From positions 1 through 24,000 of the forward strand of contig JAUWRG010000005.1 in NCBI GenBank assembly GCA_030610655.1: a stretch of 24,000 nt of DNA. Direction: 5' to 3'. Of this stretch, positions 16,758 through 24,000 are shown piece by piece (position 1 is the stretch's first letter; every line of letters starts with the position of its first letter). This DNA is from Dehalococcoidia bacterium. GTDB taxonomy: Bacteria; Chloroflexota; Dehalococcoidia; E44-bin15. Made by a program: the position numbers and the translations under genes. The notes beneath the pieces were generated by a model that was given only the letters and a program-made list of their open reading frames with translations, did no database searches and was not told the DNA's origin.

Positions 16758-18275
16758 CTACTCTTTGCCTTTCGCCGCCAAGAGCCGGTTGAGGGCGTTC
16801 ATATAGGCTTTGGCGCTGGCGACCAGGATGTCAGTGGATGCACCCCGACCAATGTAGGTTCGGCCCTCGCTCTCGATCTTTATGGTCACCTCGCCGATGG
16901 CATCGATACCCTCGGTAATCGATTTGACGCTGAACTCAGTGAGTGTATTGGGCACCTGCACCAAGCGGTTGATCGCTTTGTAGACGGCGTCCACTGGTCC
17001 CGCTCCCAGGGCGGCATCAGCGATAACCTGCCCATCGGGAGCAACGAGCTTGACCGTGGCCGTAGACACGGTGTGATCGCCACAGGAAACCTGCACCTGC
17101 TCCAGGTGGTAGGTCTCCGACACGGTGCGCAACTCCTCGGCAACTAGGGCCTCCAAGTCAGGATCGGTGACTTCCTTCTTCTTATCGGCCAGCTCCTTGA
17201 AAGCGGCGAAGGCGCGGGCAAAATCCTCTTCGCTAAGAGTGCAACCCAGTTCCTCCAGTTTCTGGCGAAATGCATGACGCCCCGAGGTCTTCCCTAATAC
17301 GATCCTGCTTTCGCCGACCCCGATGCTCTTAGGAGTCATAATTTCGTAGGTGGTTCTCTCCTTGAGCATACCATCTTGGTGCAAGCCCGAAGCATGAGCG
17401 AAGGCATTGGCCCCCACAATCGCCTTATTGGGCGGCACCTCCATGCCCATATAGTGGCTCACCAGTCGACTAGTCCTATAGATCTGGGCGGTGTCAACCT
17501 TGGTAGCCAGGTGGAAGAAATCGCTACGGGTTTTGAGAGCCATCACGATCTCTTCTAGGGCAGCATTGCCGGCTCGCTCACCCACACCGTTGATAGTGCA
17601 TTCCACCTGGCGCGCTCCGCACTGGATAGCACGCAGCGAATTGGCCACCGCCTGACCCAGATCATCGTGGCAGTGTACAGATAGGGTGACCTTCTCAATC
17701 CCGGGCACATTGTTGCGTACATACTCAATTAAGGCACCGAATTCGTCGGGTTGGACATAGCCCACGGTGTCGGGAATATTAACCACGGTGGCTCCGGCTT
17801 CTATCGTCGCCGCCAGCACCTGGCAAAGGTAATCCCAGTCGCTGCGAGTAGCATCCATCGCTGAGAACTCGACCGCACTACAATAACGCTTAGCATACCT
17901 CACCGCCTCAACAGCTAACTCGAGTGCCTGTTCACGGCTGATGTGCAACTGGTGTTCGAGGTGAATATCGGAGGTGGACAGGACAACATGGAGAAGGGGA
18001 GCCTCTGCCTCCTTTAGTGCATTCCATGTTGAGTCGATCTGCTCCTGCTTTATGCCGGAGAGCGCCGCAATCTGGCAGTCCCGCAGTTCCCGCGCCAGAA
18101 GCTGCACCGCAGCAAAGTCCCCCGGTGAGGTGTGGGGAAAACCAGCCTCGATGATATCCACCCCCAACCTCTGGAGCTGATGACCGATCTCGTGCTTCTC
18201 TTCAAGGGTCAATGCTCCCCCAGCAGCCTGCTCTCCGTCTCTCAGTGTGGTGTCGAAGATAATCACACGTTCCAT
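16758..18275 (-). CDS. leuA: 2-isopropylmalate synthase
   Basis: 505 aa. It has IFDTTLRDGEQ, HCHDDLGQAVANSLRAI and a C-terminal LeuA regulatory domain. Confidence 0.9.
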   Translation of the reverse strand: MERVIIFDTTLRDGEQAAGGALTLEEKHEIGHQLQRLGVDIIEAGFPHTSPGDFAAVQLLARELRDCQIAALSGIKQEQIDSTWNALKEAEAPLLHVVLSTSDIHLEHQLHISREQALELAVEAVRYAKRYCSAVEFSAMDATRSDWDYLCQVLAATIEAGATVVNIPDTVGYVQPDEFGALIEYVRNNVPGIEKVTLSVHCHDDLGQAVANSLRAIQCGARQVECTINGVGERAGNAALEEIVMALKTRSDFFHLATKVDTAQIYRTSRLVSHYMGMEVPPNKAIVGANAFAHASGLHQDGMLKERTTYEIMTPKSIGVGESRIVLGKTSGRHAFRQKLEELGCTLSEEDFARAFAAFKELADKKKEVTDPDLEALVAEELRTVSETYHLEQVQVSCGDHTVSTATVKLVAPDGQVIADAALGAGPVDAVYKAINRLVQVPNTLTEFSVKSITEGIDAIGEVTIKIESEGRTYIGRGASTDILVASAKAYMNALNRLLAAKGKE

Positions 18276-18667
18276 TTTTCGCCCTCCTGGCGGTCGGGTG
18301 TTGCCCCCTCAATAAGACTAAGGAGCTCACCCACTGCTTTCCTTATGTCCTCGGCGTAAATGTTAATCTCCTCCATACTCAGTCCAGCCTCATAGAAGTT
18401 ACTACGTAAATAACTGGCATGTCCATAGGCATCGAAGATGCTTTTGTTTCCAAGCTCCTTTGCTAGCTCTTTGGCAAATTCTGTAATTTCCCAGTGCGCT
18501 GCAAGCTTTATACCTCTGCTCGCAGCCACTGCTTTCAACGCCTCAGCCATGCTTCCCCAGAGGAACTCTCCTGCCTTCTCAGGGTCGCCTGCTTCTACGT
18601 AATTGAAGGCATTATCCAGATAGTGAATGCTTTGGGCTTTATACTTCTCAGCGCTCTCGTTTGTCAC
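18263..18667 (-). CDS. PaREP1-like (HEPN-superfamily-like) helical protein
   Basis: 134 aa. AEKYKAQSIHYLDNAFNYVEAGDPEKAGEFLWGSMAEALKAVAASRGIKLAAHWEI matches the PaREP1 pattern (EKxWGAxAxAxKAxAxxxGxxLxSH) and contains R-x6-H. An ATGA overlap couples it to the upstream 76-aa ORF. Its last 13 nt overlap the leuA start. Confidence 0.5.
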   Translation of the reverse strand: MTNESAEKYKAQSIHYLDNAFNYVEAGDPEKAGEFLWGSMAEALKAVAASRGIKLAAHWEITEFAKELAKELGNKSIFDAYGHASYLRSNFYEAGLSMEEINIYAEDIRKAVGELLSLIEGATPDRQEGEKWNV

Positions 18668-18894
18668 CGTGTTACATACTCCAAAATGGCCTCTGTGTTT
18701 GCGTCTATTTTTACTTGGGCTATCTTAGTTTCGAACAATCCGACATCGATTTCCACGAGCCAAACATCACCCTCCCTGACAACCTTAATCGGCCTCAAAG
18801 TGAAAAGTGTCGGAGAGAAATACTTGCAAAGATAGGACCGAGCTATCTCGGTAGCTTCTTCGGCGGATTTTACTTCTGCTGGCATATTTCCCAC
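18664..18894 (-). CDS. Small hypothetical protein, partner of the PaREP1-like gene
   Basis: 76 aa from the GTG at 18894. The ATG at 18885 (MPAEVK..., 73 aa) is better placed behind the RBS aggagg. I recognised no family. Confidence 0.5.
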   Translation of the reverse strand: MGNMPAEVKSAEEATEIARSYLCKYFSPTLFTLRPIKVVREGDVWLVEIDVGLFETKIAQVKIDANTEAILEYVTR

Positions 18895-18915
18895 CTCCTA
18901 TTAAAGCATTCTACT

Positions 18916-18958
18916 TCAAGCCTTCAGCCAGGGCATCATCTCCCTGAGCCCTTTGCCC
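18916..18958 (-). repeat. Relic copy of the ilvC 3' coding end
   Basis: On the minus strand it encodes [13 protein letters not shown]-stop, against the ilvC end [13 protein letters not shown]-stop. 18916-18958 aligns with 19233-19275 at a constant offset of 317 nt and 36 of 43 identities. This includes an identical 24-nt core (18926-18949 = 19243-19266) and aligned stop codons. Confidence 0.8.
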
Positions 18959-18972
18959 CTTAATTTCACCCT

Positions 18973-19236
18973 TCAGTGTCTTCCATATTTAAGCTTTGCG
19001 TATAGAAGCATGGCGACAAAGGTCGCCCCCACCGCATTCCACAGGATGACAGGGAACAACTGGAATACTATCCCACAGCCTAACCAGCAAAGCACACCAG
19101 TAAGGAGTAAAAGGGTAAATGGCAGGCTTATCTCACGGGCGCTCTTAAGCCTGAATAGCTTGACCACCTGTGGCACATAGGCCACTGTCACCAATGCTCC
19201 TCCGATAAAGCCAAAGCGAATACCCTTCCTCATCAC
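18973..19236 (-). CDS. SemiSWEET / PQ-loop family small transporter
   Basis: 87 aa with three hydrophobic helices and the PQ-loop motif [18 protein letters not shown]. The start is GTG at 19236 or ATG at 19233, and either overlaps the ilvC stop (gtgatg). Confidence 0.72.
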   Translation of the reverse strand: MMRKGIRFGFIGGALVTVAYVPQVVKLFRLKSAREISLPFTLLLLTGVLCWLGCGIVFQLFPVILWNAVGATFVAMLLYAKLKYGRH

Positions 19237-20225
19237 TTCTTGAGCCAGGGCATCATCTCCCTGAGCTTCTTGCCCACCTCCTCAATCTCATGCGCCGCTT
19301 CTCTTCGCCGGTAGGCGTTGAAGCTGGGGCGGCCCGCCTGGTTCTCCAGAATCCACTCACGGGCGAAGGTGCCGTCCTGAATCTCTGACAGGATCTGCTC
19401 CATCTCTTCCCTCACAAACGCATCAATGACCCTCGGCCCCCTGGAGTAATCACCGTATTCCGCAGTATCGCTCACCGAATAGCGCATATAGGCAAAACCA
19501 CCCTGGTATATGAGGTCAACGATGAGCTTTAGCTCATGGCACACCTCGAAATAGGCGATCTCAGGCTGATACCCAGCCTCTACCAGGGTTTCAAAAGCCG
19601 TCTTTATCAGGGAAGTGATGCCGCCGCAGAGCACCACCTGCTCCCCGAAGAGGTCAGTCTCGGTCTCCTCCTCGAAGGTAGTCTCCAGAACTCCTGCTCT
19701 GGTGCAGCCGATACCCTTTGCATAGGCCAGGGCCTTTTCCTTAGCCTTGCCCGAAGCGTCCTGATGCACGGCGACAAGCGCCGGAGCGCAAGAGCCCTCG
19801 GTATAAAGTTGGCGCAGCATATGGCCAGGGCACTTAGGCGCTATCATGGTCACATCAATATCAGGCGGTGGCAGTATCTGATTGTAGTGGATGTTGAATC
19901 CGTGAGCAAACATCAGCATATTACCCTTAGTGAGCCCCTTCTCAATAGAGCTATAGTATACCTGGCGGTGGAGCTGGTCTGGGACAAGCATCACGATAAC
20001 ATCGGAGGCCTTCGCCACCTCATCGGCGGTCATCACCTTAAGCCCAGCCTCGACGGCTGCCGCCCAGGGCTCGCTACCCTCAAGCTCGCCAACCATGACC
20101 TGGCAGCCGCTCTCCTTCAGGTTCAAGGCATGGGCATGCCCCTGGCTACCGAAGCCGATTATGCCGATGGTCTTGCCCTCGAGTAAACTTATGTCCACGT
20201 CACTATCATAATAGATCTTAGCCAT
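19233..20225 (-). CDS. ilvC: Ketol-acid reductoisomerase (class I)
   Basis: 330 aa with the Rossmann motif [19 protein letters not shown] and collinear KARI motifs ([20 protein letters not shown]). Confidence 0.95.
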   Translation of the reverse strand: MAKIYYDSDVDISLLEGKTIGIIGFGSQGHAHALNLKESGCQVMVGELEGSEPWAAAVEAGLKVMTADEVAKASDVIVMLVPDQLHRQVYYSSIEKGLTKGNMLMFAHGFNIHYNQILPPPDIDVTMIAPKCPGHMLRQLYTEGSCAPALVAVHQDASGKAKEKALAYAKGIGCTRAGVLETTFEEETETDLFGEQVVLCGGITSLIKTAFETLVEAGYQPEIAYFEVCHELKLIVDLIYQGGFAYMRYSVSDTAEYGDYSRGPRVIDAFVREEMEQILSEIQDGTFAREWILENQAGRPSFNAYRRREAAHEIEEVGKKLREMMPWLKK

Positions 20226-20240
20226 AGCTCTCTCCTTCGA

Positions 20241-20915
20241 TTATTTGCCGATTTTCCCTTTTGCCAACAAGGCTTCTGGGTTATAAAGGTCTTTATTGCC
20301 CGCATTAAACTCGTGCTTGACCTGCACAAGGAGCTTATCAAGAGTGTATATCTCCCAAGCTAGGGGAACAAATGCCATCCCCCCTTTTCTAATTTCTTGG
20401 GCAAGTTGAAAGCTCACTACAAGATGATAAGCATTAGCTGTTATTTTAGGATCGAGGGAAGGGGAGAAATAGAAACTTCTGAAAGTTGTTTCTTTTACCT
20501 CTATATTATAAGTTTTGCAATCTAGATATACTATTCGCCCCTCATCGTCAATTTTGATGTCTGGATAGCCTACTGCCTTTCTCTTTCCGTTTTTTGTTTC
20601 GGGTTTCTCTGCCCTTAATCCAACTTCATTAAGAGCCTCGATAACAAAGGGCTCTATGCGGTTCCCCGCTTCGTTTGGCCTCCTTGCAAATATACCCTCT
20701 ATGTATGCGCTCTCACCAGCTATTTGTGCAGCCCTTATGAGTTTCTTAAGAAGCTCTTCAGTCTCTGGCGCTTCTTTATCAAAAGCAATGACTTCATAGC
20801 CTGTTAGCGCCTTTATTGCAATTGGGAATGGTATGCCTTTTATTGGCTCGAGAAACTTAGCAATTGTTGTCTCTAGGCTCTTGATGTAGTCTTCATTTTC
20901 CACTTTCGTAGCCAC
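20241..20915 (-). CDS. Type II restriction endonuclease candidate (PD-(D/E)xK)
   Basis: 224 aa. GYPDIKIDDEGRIVYLDCKTY gives PD...D-x-K with normal spacing. It is the last gene of an AT-rich three-gene unit with a DNA methyltransferase. The start is GTG and overlaps the 72-aa ORF by 23 nt. Confidence 0.65.
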   Translation of the reverse strand: MATKVENEDYIKSLETTIAKFLEPIKGIPFPIAIKALTGYEVIAFDKEAPETEELLKKLIRAAQIAGESAYIEGIFARRPNEAGNRIEPFVIEALNEVGLRAEKPETKNGKRKAVGYPDIKIDDEGRIVYLDCKTYNIEVKETTFRSFYFSPSLDPKITANAYHLVVSFQLAQEIRKGGMAFVPLAWEIYTLDKLLVQVKHEFNAGNKDLYNPEALLAKGKIGK

Positions 20916-21111
20916 CCTTGGTCAACTTTTCAATAAGGCCATTTATAGCATCTTCGCTCTCCCGAATTAGAGAACTCAAAAGGCTACATCGCTCGGATAT
21001 GTCTTTAGGAAGATATTTGTCTGGGAAAGTTTGAAGCAGTTCGCCAGTCTCTAGGTCACATAGGTTTACCCAACCATCTTCAACTCTCAGTATATGACCT
21101 TCTAATTTCAT
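20893..21111 (-). CDS. Small hypothetical protein bridging the methyltransferase and endonuclease genes
   Basis: 72 aa. It fills the gap between the M and R genes and overlaps both (32 nt and 23 nt). I saw no recognisable HTH, so it is not an obvious C-protein. Confidence 0.45.
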   Translation of the reverse strand: MKLEGHILRVEDGWVNLCDLETGELLQTFPDKYLPKDISERCSLLSSLIRESEDAINGLIEKLTKGGYESGK

Positions 21112-22366
21112 TATTCGCTCCTTTCTGGAAAATCAGGATATTTTCCCTTCGCATTACGTTGTAAAGCCCGAAGATAATCTTGTCGATGTTCCTAACAAGG
21201 TGGAAGCCTAGCTTTTGGCAATGGTCAATAGTGAATCCAACAGTGTCTAACTCTTCACCGTAAAGTGTGGCATTTCCTATTACAATAACGCAAAATTTCC
21301 TTGGTTTAAGCACACGGTGCATCTCTTTAAGACTTTCTCTCAAGTCTTCATTATACAATCGAACTTTGGTTGAGCCCGTTCCGCGAACACCTATAAATTT
21401 CTCCCTCAATTCTGGTAGATCGTAACCTAGTGCCTTCAAAGCATGAGCATCATTTGAAATATAGTCCAAAGCGATGGAGTATGGGGGGGAGGTTATGATC
21501 CCGTCAACGCTTTTGTCTCCGATAGTCAACTGCCTTGCGTCACCGAGTTTGATGTCGACCCTTCCCAAATCAAGGTTAAGCTTTTGTGAAACGTCTTGGT
21601 AGTCCTTGATAGAAGCGAGCATAAGCTCACTATTCTTCAGAAAAGAGCCAAAAAACTCCTTCCTTCTTCTAGCTTTGTCGCTGTGCGCTATAAGTTCGGC
21701 CATTTTATAGAAGTTCCTGACTTTTTCATTAGGGATAGAATCAATCGTCTCGGAAAGATTGTAACCTTCAGGGTTAAACAAGCCGGGACGCATTTTGTTA
21801 AATACATCCTCTTTACACCCTTCTATTTCTTGAATAGCTTCTATTGCCTCTGTTTTAACCCTGCTCTGCAAAACACAAAGTGGAGAGACCTCTATTCCTA
21901 TGCAATTGATGCCCAGAAGCTGAGCCTCTACCGCAGCAGTCCCACTGCCTATGAATGGGTCAAGCATTGTATCACCCTTCTTGAGACCTATGATATTCAA
22001 AAGAGCCCTTATCATCTGAGGGTGGAACTTGCCTTTGTAGGGATATATCCAATGGGTCAAGTATTGATTCACAGAGCGAGTCCTGTTCTCTTGAATAAGG
22101 TTAAAGTAGTCGGTATAGTAAGCGTTCACCACCCTGAAATAGGCAAGCCTCTTTATTAACGTATCAACATCAGGTGCGTCCAGAAGTTTGAATTCCCGCA
22201 AGCTATTGGTGATCTCACATTTTGCACCAAGAGCCTCCAACTCGAACTGAGCCAATGCTAATTCATAAATGAATTGGACATTGTTTAGCAGCACAAGTTG
22301 AGAGCTATCGCTAGGGACGCTTTTCTCATAGGCCCACAAGGTTTTTTGTTCCTTGATTTTCGCCAT
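21080..22366 (-). CDS. DNA methyltransferase (amino-methyltransferase, SPPY motif: N4-cytosine or N6-adenine)
   Basis: 428 aa. Motif I is LDPFIGSGTAAVEAQLLG and motif IV is DGIITSPPYSIALDY about 150 aa downstream. The RBS aaggag overlaps the ilvN stop codon. Confidence 0.8.
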   Translation of the reverse strand: MAKIKEQKTLWAYEKSVPSDSSQLVLLNNVQFIYELALAQFELEALGAKCEITNSLREFKLLDAPDVDTLIKRLAYFRVVNAYYTDYFNLIQENRTRSVNQYLTHWIYPYKGKFHPQMIRALLNIIGLKKGDTMLDPFIGSGTAAVEAQLLGINCIGIEVSPLCVLQSRVKTEAIEAIQEIEGCKEDVFNKMRPGLFNPEGYNLSETIDSIPNEKVRNFYKMAELIAHSDKARRRKEFFGSFLKNSELMLASIKDYQDVSQKLNLDLGRVDIKLGDARQLTIGDKSVDGIITSPPYSIALDYISNDAHALKALGYDLPELREKFIGVRGTGSTKVRLYNEDLRESLKEMHRVLKPRKFCVIVIGNATLYGEELDTVGFTIDHCQKLGFHLVRNIDKIIFGLYNVMRRENILIFQKGANNEIRRSYTES

Positions 22367-22374
22367 TAAGCTCC

Positions 22375-22935
22375 TTATAAATTAGATATTTCTTCAGCGC
22401 CTTTGACCCTTTTGGGGCGGGCTCTCTTGGGCTTCTCCTCCACCACAATGGGACCCCCTGCTCCCCTCGCCATGGCTATTCTCCCGGTGCGGGCGACCTC
22501 CCGGATACCAAAGCCCTTAAGCAAGCGAAACAGGGAATCGACTTTATCCTCATCTCCAGTGACCTCGACCATCATAGAATCGGAGGCAACATCCACGATG
22601 TTTGCCCTGAAGATGTCCACAATTTGCAGGATCTCGCTCCTTGTGGCTGAGGTGCTCTTCACCTTGAATAAGGCAAGCTCCCGAGCCACTAGACCGTCTT
22701 CGGTGATGTCGGTAACCTTGACCACATCGATGAGTTTATCGAGCTGCTTTCTGACCTGCTCCACTGAGGTAGCAGTGCCATCAACTACGATGGTCATCCT
22801 CGATAGCCCCGGAGTCTCGCTATGCCCCACGGCGATGCTCTCGATATTAAAACCCCTTCTACGGAAAAGGCTAGCTACCCGGTTCAACACTCCAGGTCTG
22901 TCTTCCACTAATGCTATTAGGCTGTGCTTGGCCAT
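22375..22935 (-). CDS. ilvN: Acetolactate synthase small (regulatory) subunit
   Basis: 186 aa with the ACT domain LIALVEDRPGVLNRVASLFRRRGFNIESIAVG and an AHAS small-subunit C-terminal domain. The start overlaps the ilvB stop (taatg). Confidence 0.92.
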   Translation of the reverse strand: MAKHSLIALVEDRPGVLNRVASLFRRRGFNIESIAVGHSETPGLSRMTIVVDGTATSVEQVRKQLDKLIDVVKVTDITEDGLVARELALFKVKSTSATRSEILQIVDIFRANIVDVASDSMMVEVTGDEDKVDSLFRLLKGFGIREVARTGRIAMARGAGGPIVVEEKPKRARPKRVKGAEEISNL

Positions 22936-24000
22936 TATACTACCCTAGCCTCCTTCCTAGGCTCCTCCAGGATCTCGTGAATGGCAGCGCCCGGGGGCAC
23001 CATAGGGTAAACGTTCTCCTCAGGCTCGACCTGAAAGTCGATGAGGAATGGACCCTGGTGTTCCATAGCCGTCTCAATAGCGCTGGTCACCATCACCTTA
23101 TCTGTCACCCTCAAGCCGGCAATTCCGTAGGCATCGGCGACCTTGACGAAGTCGGGGCCGCTGAGAGGGGTGGCAACATAGCGACGCTCATAGAAAAGTT
23201 CCTGCCACTGCCTTACCATACCCAGGAAGCGGTTATTGATAATCGCTATCTTCACCGCCAATTTCTCCTGCTCTATAGTAGCAAGCTCCTGTATAGTCAT
23301 CTGAAATCCGCCGTCGCCAGCGATACACCACACGGTTTCCTCGGGACACGCCACCTTAGCCCCCATGGCTGCAGGGAGTTCAAAACCCATTGGTCCCAGG
23401 CCACCGGAGGAAATCCAGGTATTGGGCCTATTATATTCGAAGTATTGGGCGGCCCACATCTGATTCTGCCCCACACCACTGACAATGATGGCATCACCTT
23501 TGGTGACCTCGTATATCTGGCGCACCACATACTGAGGTATGAGATCATCCGTCTCCCTGATCACCGTTGAAGGGTGGTCACGCCGCCACTCATCGAGTTG
23601 GGAGACCCACTCCACATGGTTTTTGGGAGTGATGTCTCTATTAAGCACCTGTAAAACTGCCCCCACATCGCCCACTATGGGTACATCTACCTTCACATTC
23701 TTCCCAATCTCCGCTGGGTCAACGTCGATATGAATGACCTTGGCGTGAGCGGCAAAGCTTGATACCTTTGCCGTAGCTCGGTCATCGAACCTCATCCCAA
23801 TGGCGATAATGAGATCGGCGGCGTTTACCGCCATGTTAGCATATGCCATACCATGCATCCCCAACATACCAAGGCTTAGGATGTGCGATTCGGGGAAGGA
23901 ACCAATTCCAAGGAGGGTGGTAATCACCGGTATTTGAGCCTTCTCCGCTAGCTCCTTGAGATGAGCGGAGGCCCTAGAGATCAGCACTCCCCTGCCAGCG
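22935..24000 (-). CDS. ilvB: Acetolactate synthase large subunit (partial; the N-terminus lies beyond the window)
   Basis: The frame is open to the window edge. It carries the ThDP-binding region GGLGPMGFELPAAMGAK...IAGDGGFQMTIQELAT...NNRFLGMVRQWQ. Confidence 0.92.
   Translation of the reverse strand, partial: AGRGVLISRASAHLKELAEKAQIPVITTLLGIGSFPESHILSLGMLGMHGMAYANMAVNAADLIIAIGMRFDDRATAKVSSFAAHAKVIHIDVDPAEIGKNVKVDVPIVGDVGAVLQVLNRDITPKNHVEWVSQLDEWRRDHPSTVIRETDDLIPQYVVRQIYEVTKGDAIIVSGVGQNQMWAAQYFEYNRPNTWISSGGLGPMGFELPAAMGAKVACPEETVWCIAGDGGFQMTIQELATIEQEKLAVKIAIINNRFLGMVRQWQELFYERRYVATPLSGPDFVKVADAYGIAGLRVTDKVMVTSAIETAMEHQGPFLIDFQVEPEENVYPMVPPGAAIHEILEEPRKEARVV

Noticed and set aside
16593-17147. 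Plus-strand 184-aa ORF starting in the leuA-DUF3795 spacer
   Set aside because: It is antisense to the 44-aa ORF and to leuA. The N-terminus is low-complexity (HHQDQYQGDEADTQAHYDQHQQQ) and there is no RBS.
19536-20186. Plus-strand 216-aa ORF inside ilvC
   Set aside because: It is antisense to a strongly supported ketol-acid reductoisomerase, so it is a shadow ORF.
21596-22159. Plus-strand 187-aa ORF inside the methyltransferase gene
   Set aside because: It is antisense to a frame that carries clear motif I and motif IV. AT-rich sequence gives long stop-free antisense frames by chance.
22403-23733. Plus-strand ORFs 22403-22948, 22911-23570 and 23539-23733, and minus-strand out-of-frame ORF 23297-23548
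   Set aside because: They are antisense to or out of frame with ilvN and ilvB. The translations are Ser/Thr/Leu-rich with no motifs.
1-24000. Integrase, transposase or recombinase genes, tRNA/tmRNA genes, or IS termini that could explain the insertions
   Set aside because: None of the ORFs shows recombinase or transposase motifs, and I could not recognise a tRNA-like structure in any spacer. The mobilising function, if any, must lie outside the window.

Overview
The window is a bacterial chromosomal segment. The gene order and the repeat type resemble Chloroflexota/Dehalococcoidia, but that assignment is inference only. The plus-strand block (213-7505) carries clpC, a decayed isochorismatase-family pseudogene, radA, larE, larC and a SagB-type nitroreductase. 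The rest (7519-24000, all minus strand) is one branched-chain amino-acid operon: ilvB(partial)-ilvN-ilvC-leuA-leuC-leuD-leuB-cimA. At nearly every gene junction the operon is interrupted by small, co-oriented, visibly AT-richer accessory inserts. Between ilvN and ilvC sits a type II R-M unit (methyltransferase, 72-aa ORF, PD-(D/E)xK endonuclease). After ilvC come a SemiSWEET gene and then a 76-aa/PaREP1(HEPN-like) pair. Between leuA and leuC lie a 44-aa membrane ORF, DUF3795 and MgtC. Between leuC and leuD are four consecutive cassettes: a divergent PEP-carboxykinase-family protein, hicBA, a DUF4258-like/DUF2283 pair, and an orphan PD-(D/E)xK nuclease. The most striking signal is that the leuC-leuD cassettes are separated by three degenerate direct copies of the leuC 3' coding end, so the peptide SAILGR is encoded four times. 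The SemiSWEET gene is likewise bracketed by two copies of the ilvC 3' end, with the stop codons aligned. This looks like serial integration targeted at gene 3' ends, building a cassette array inside an essential operon. No integrase or transposase is present in the window. A short intercistronic repeat family, whose translation gives the spurious SLSNHE / FDKLRTG-type peptides, occurs at three operon junctions. I found no rRNA, tRNA or CRISPR.
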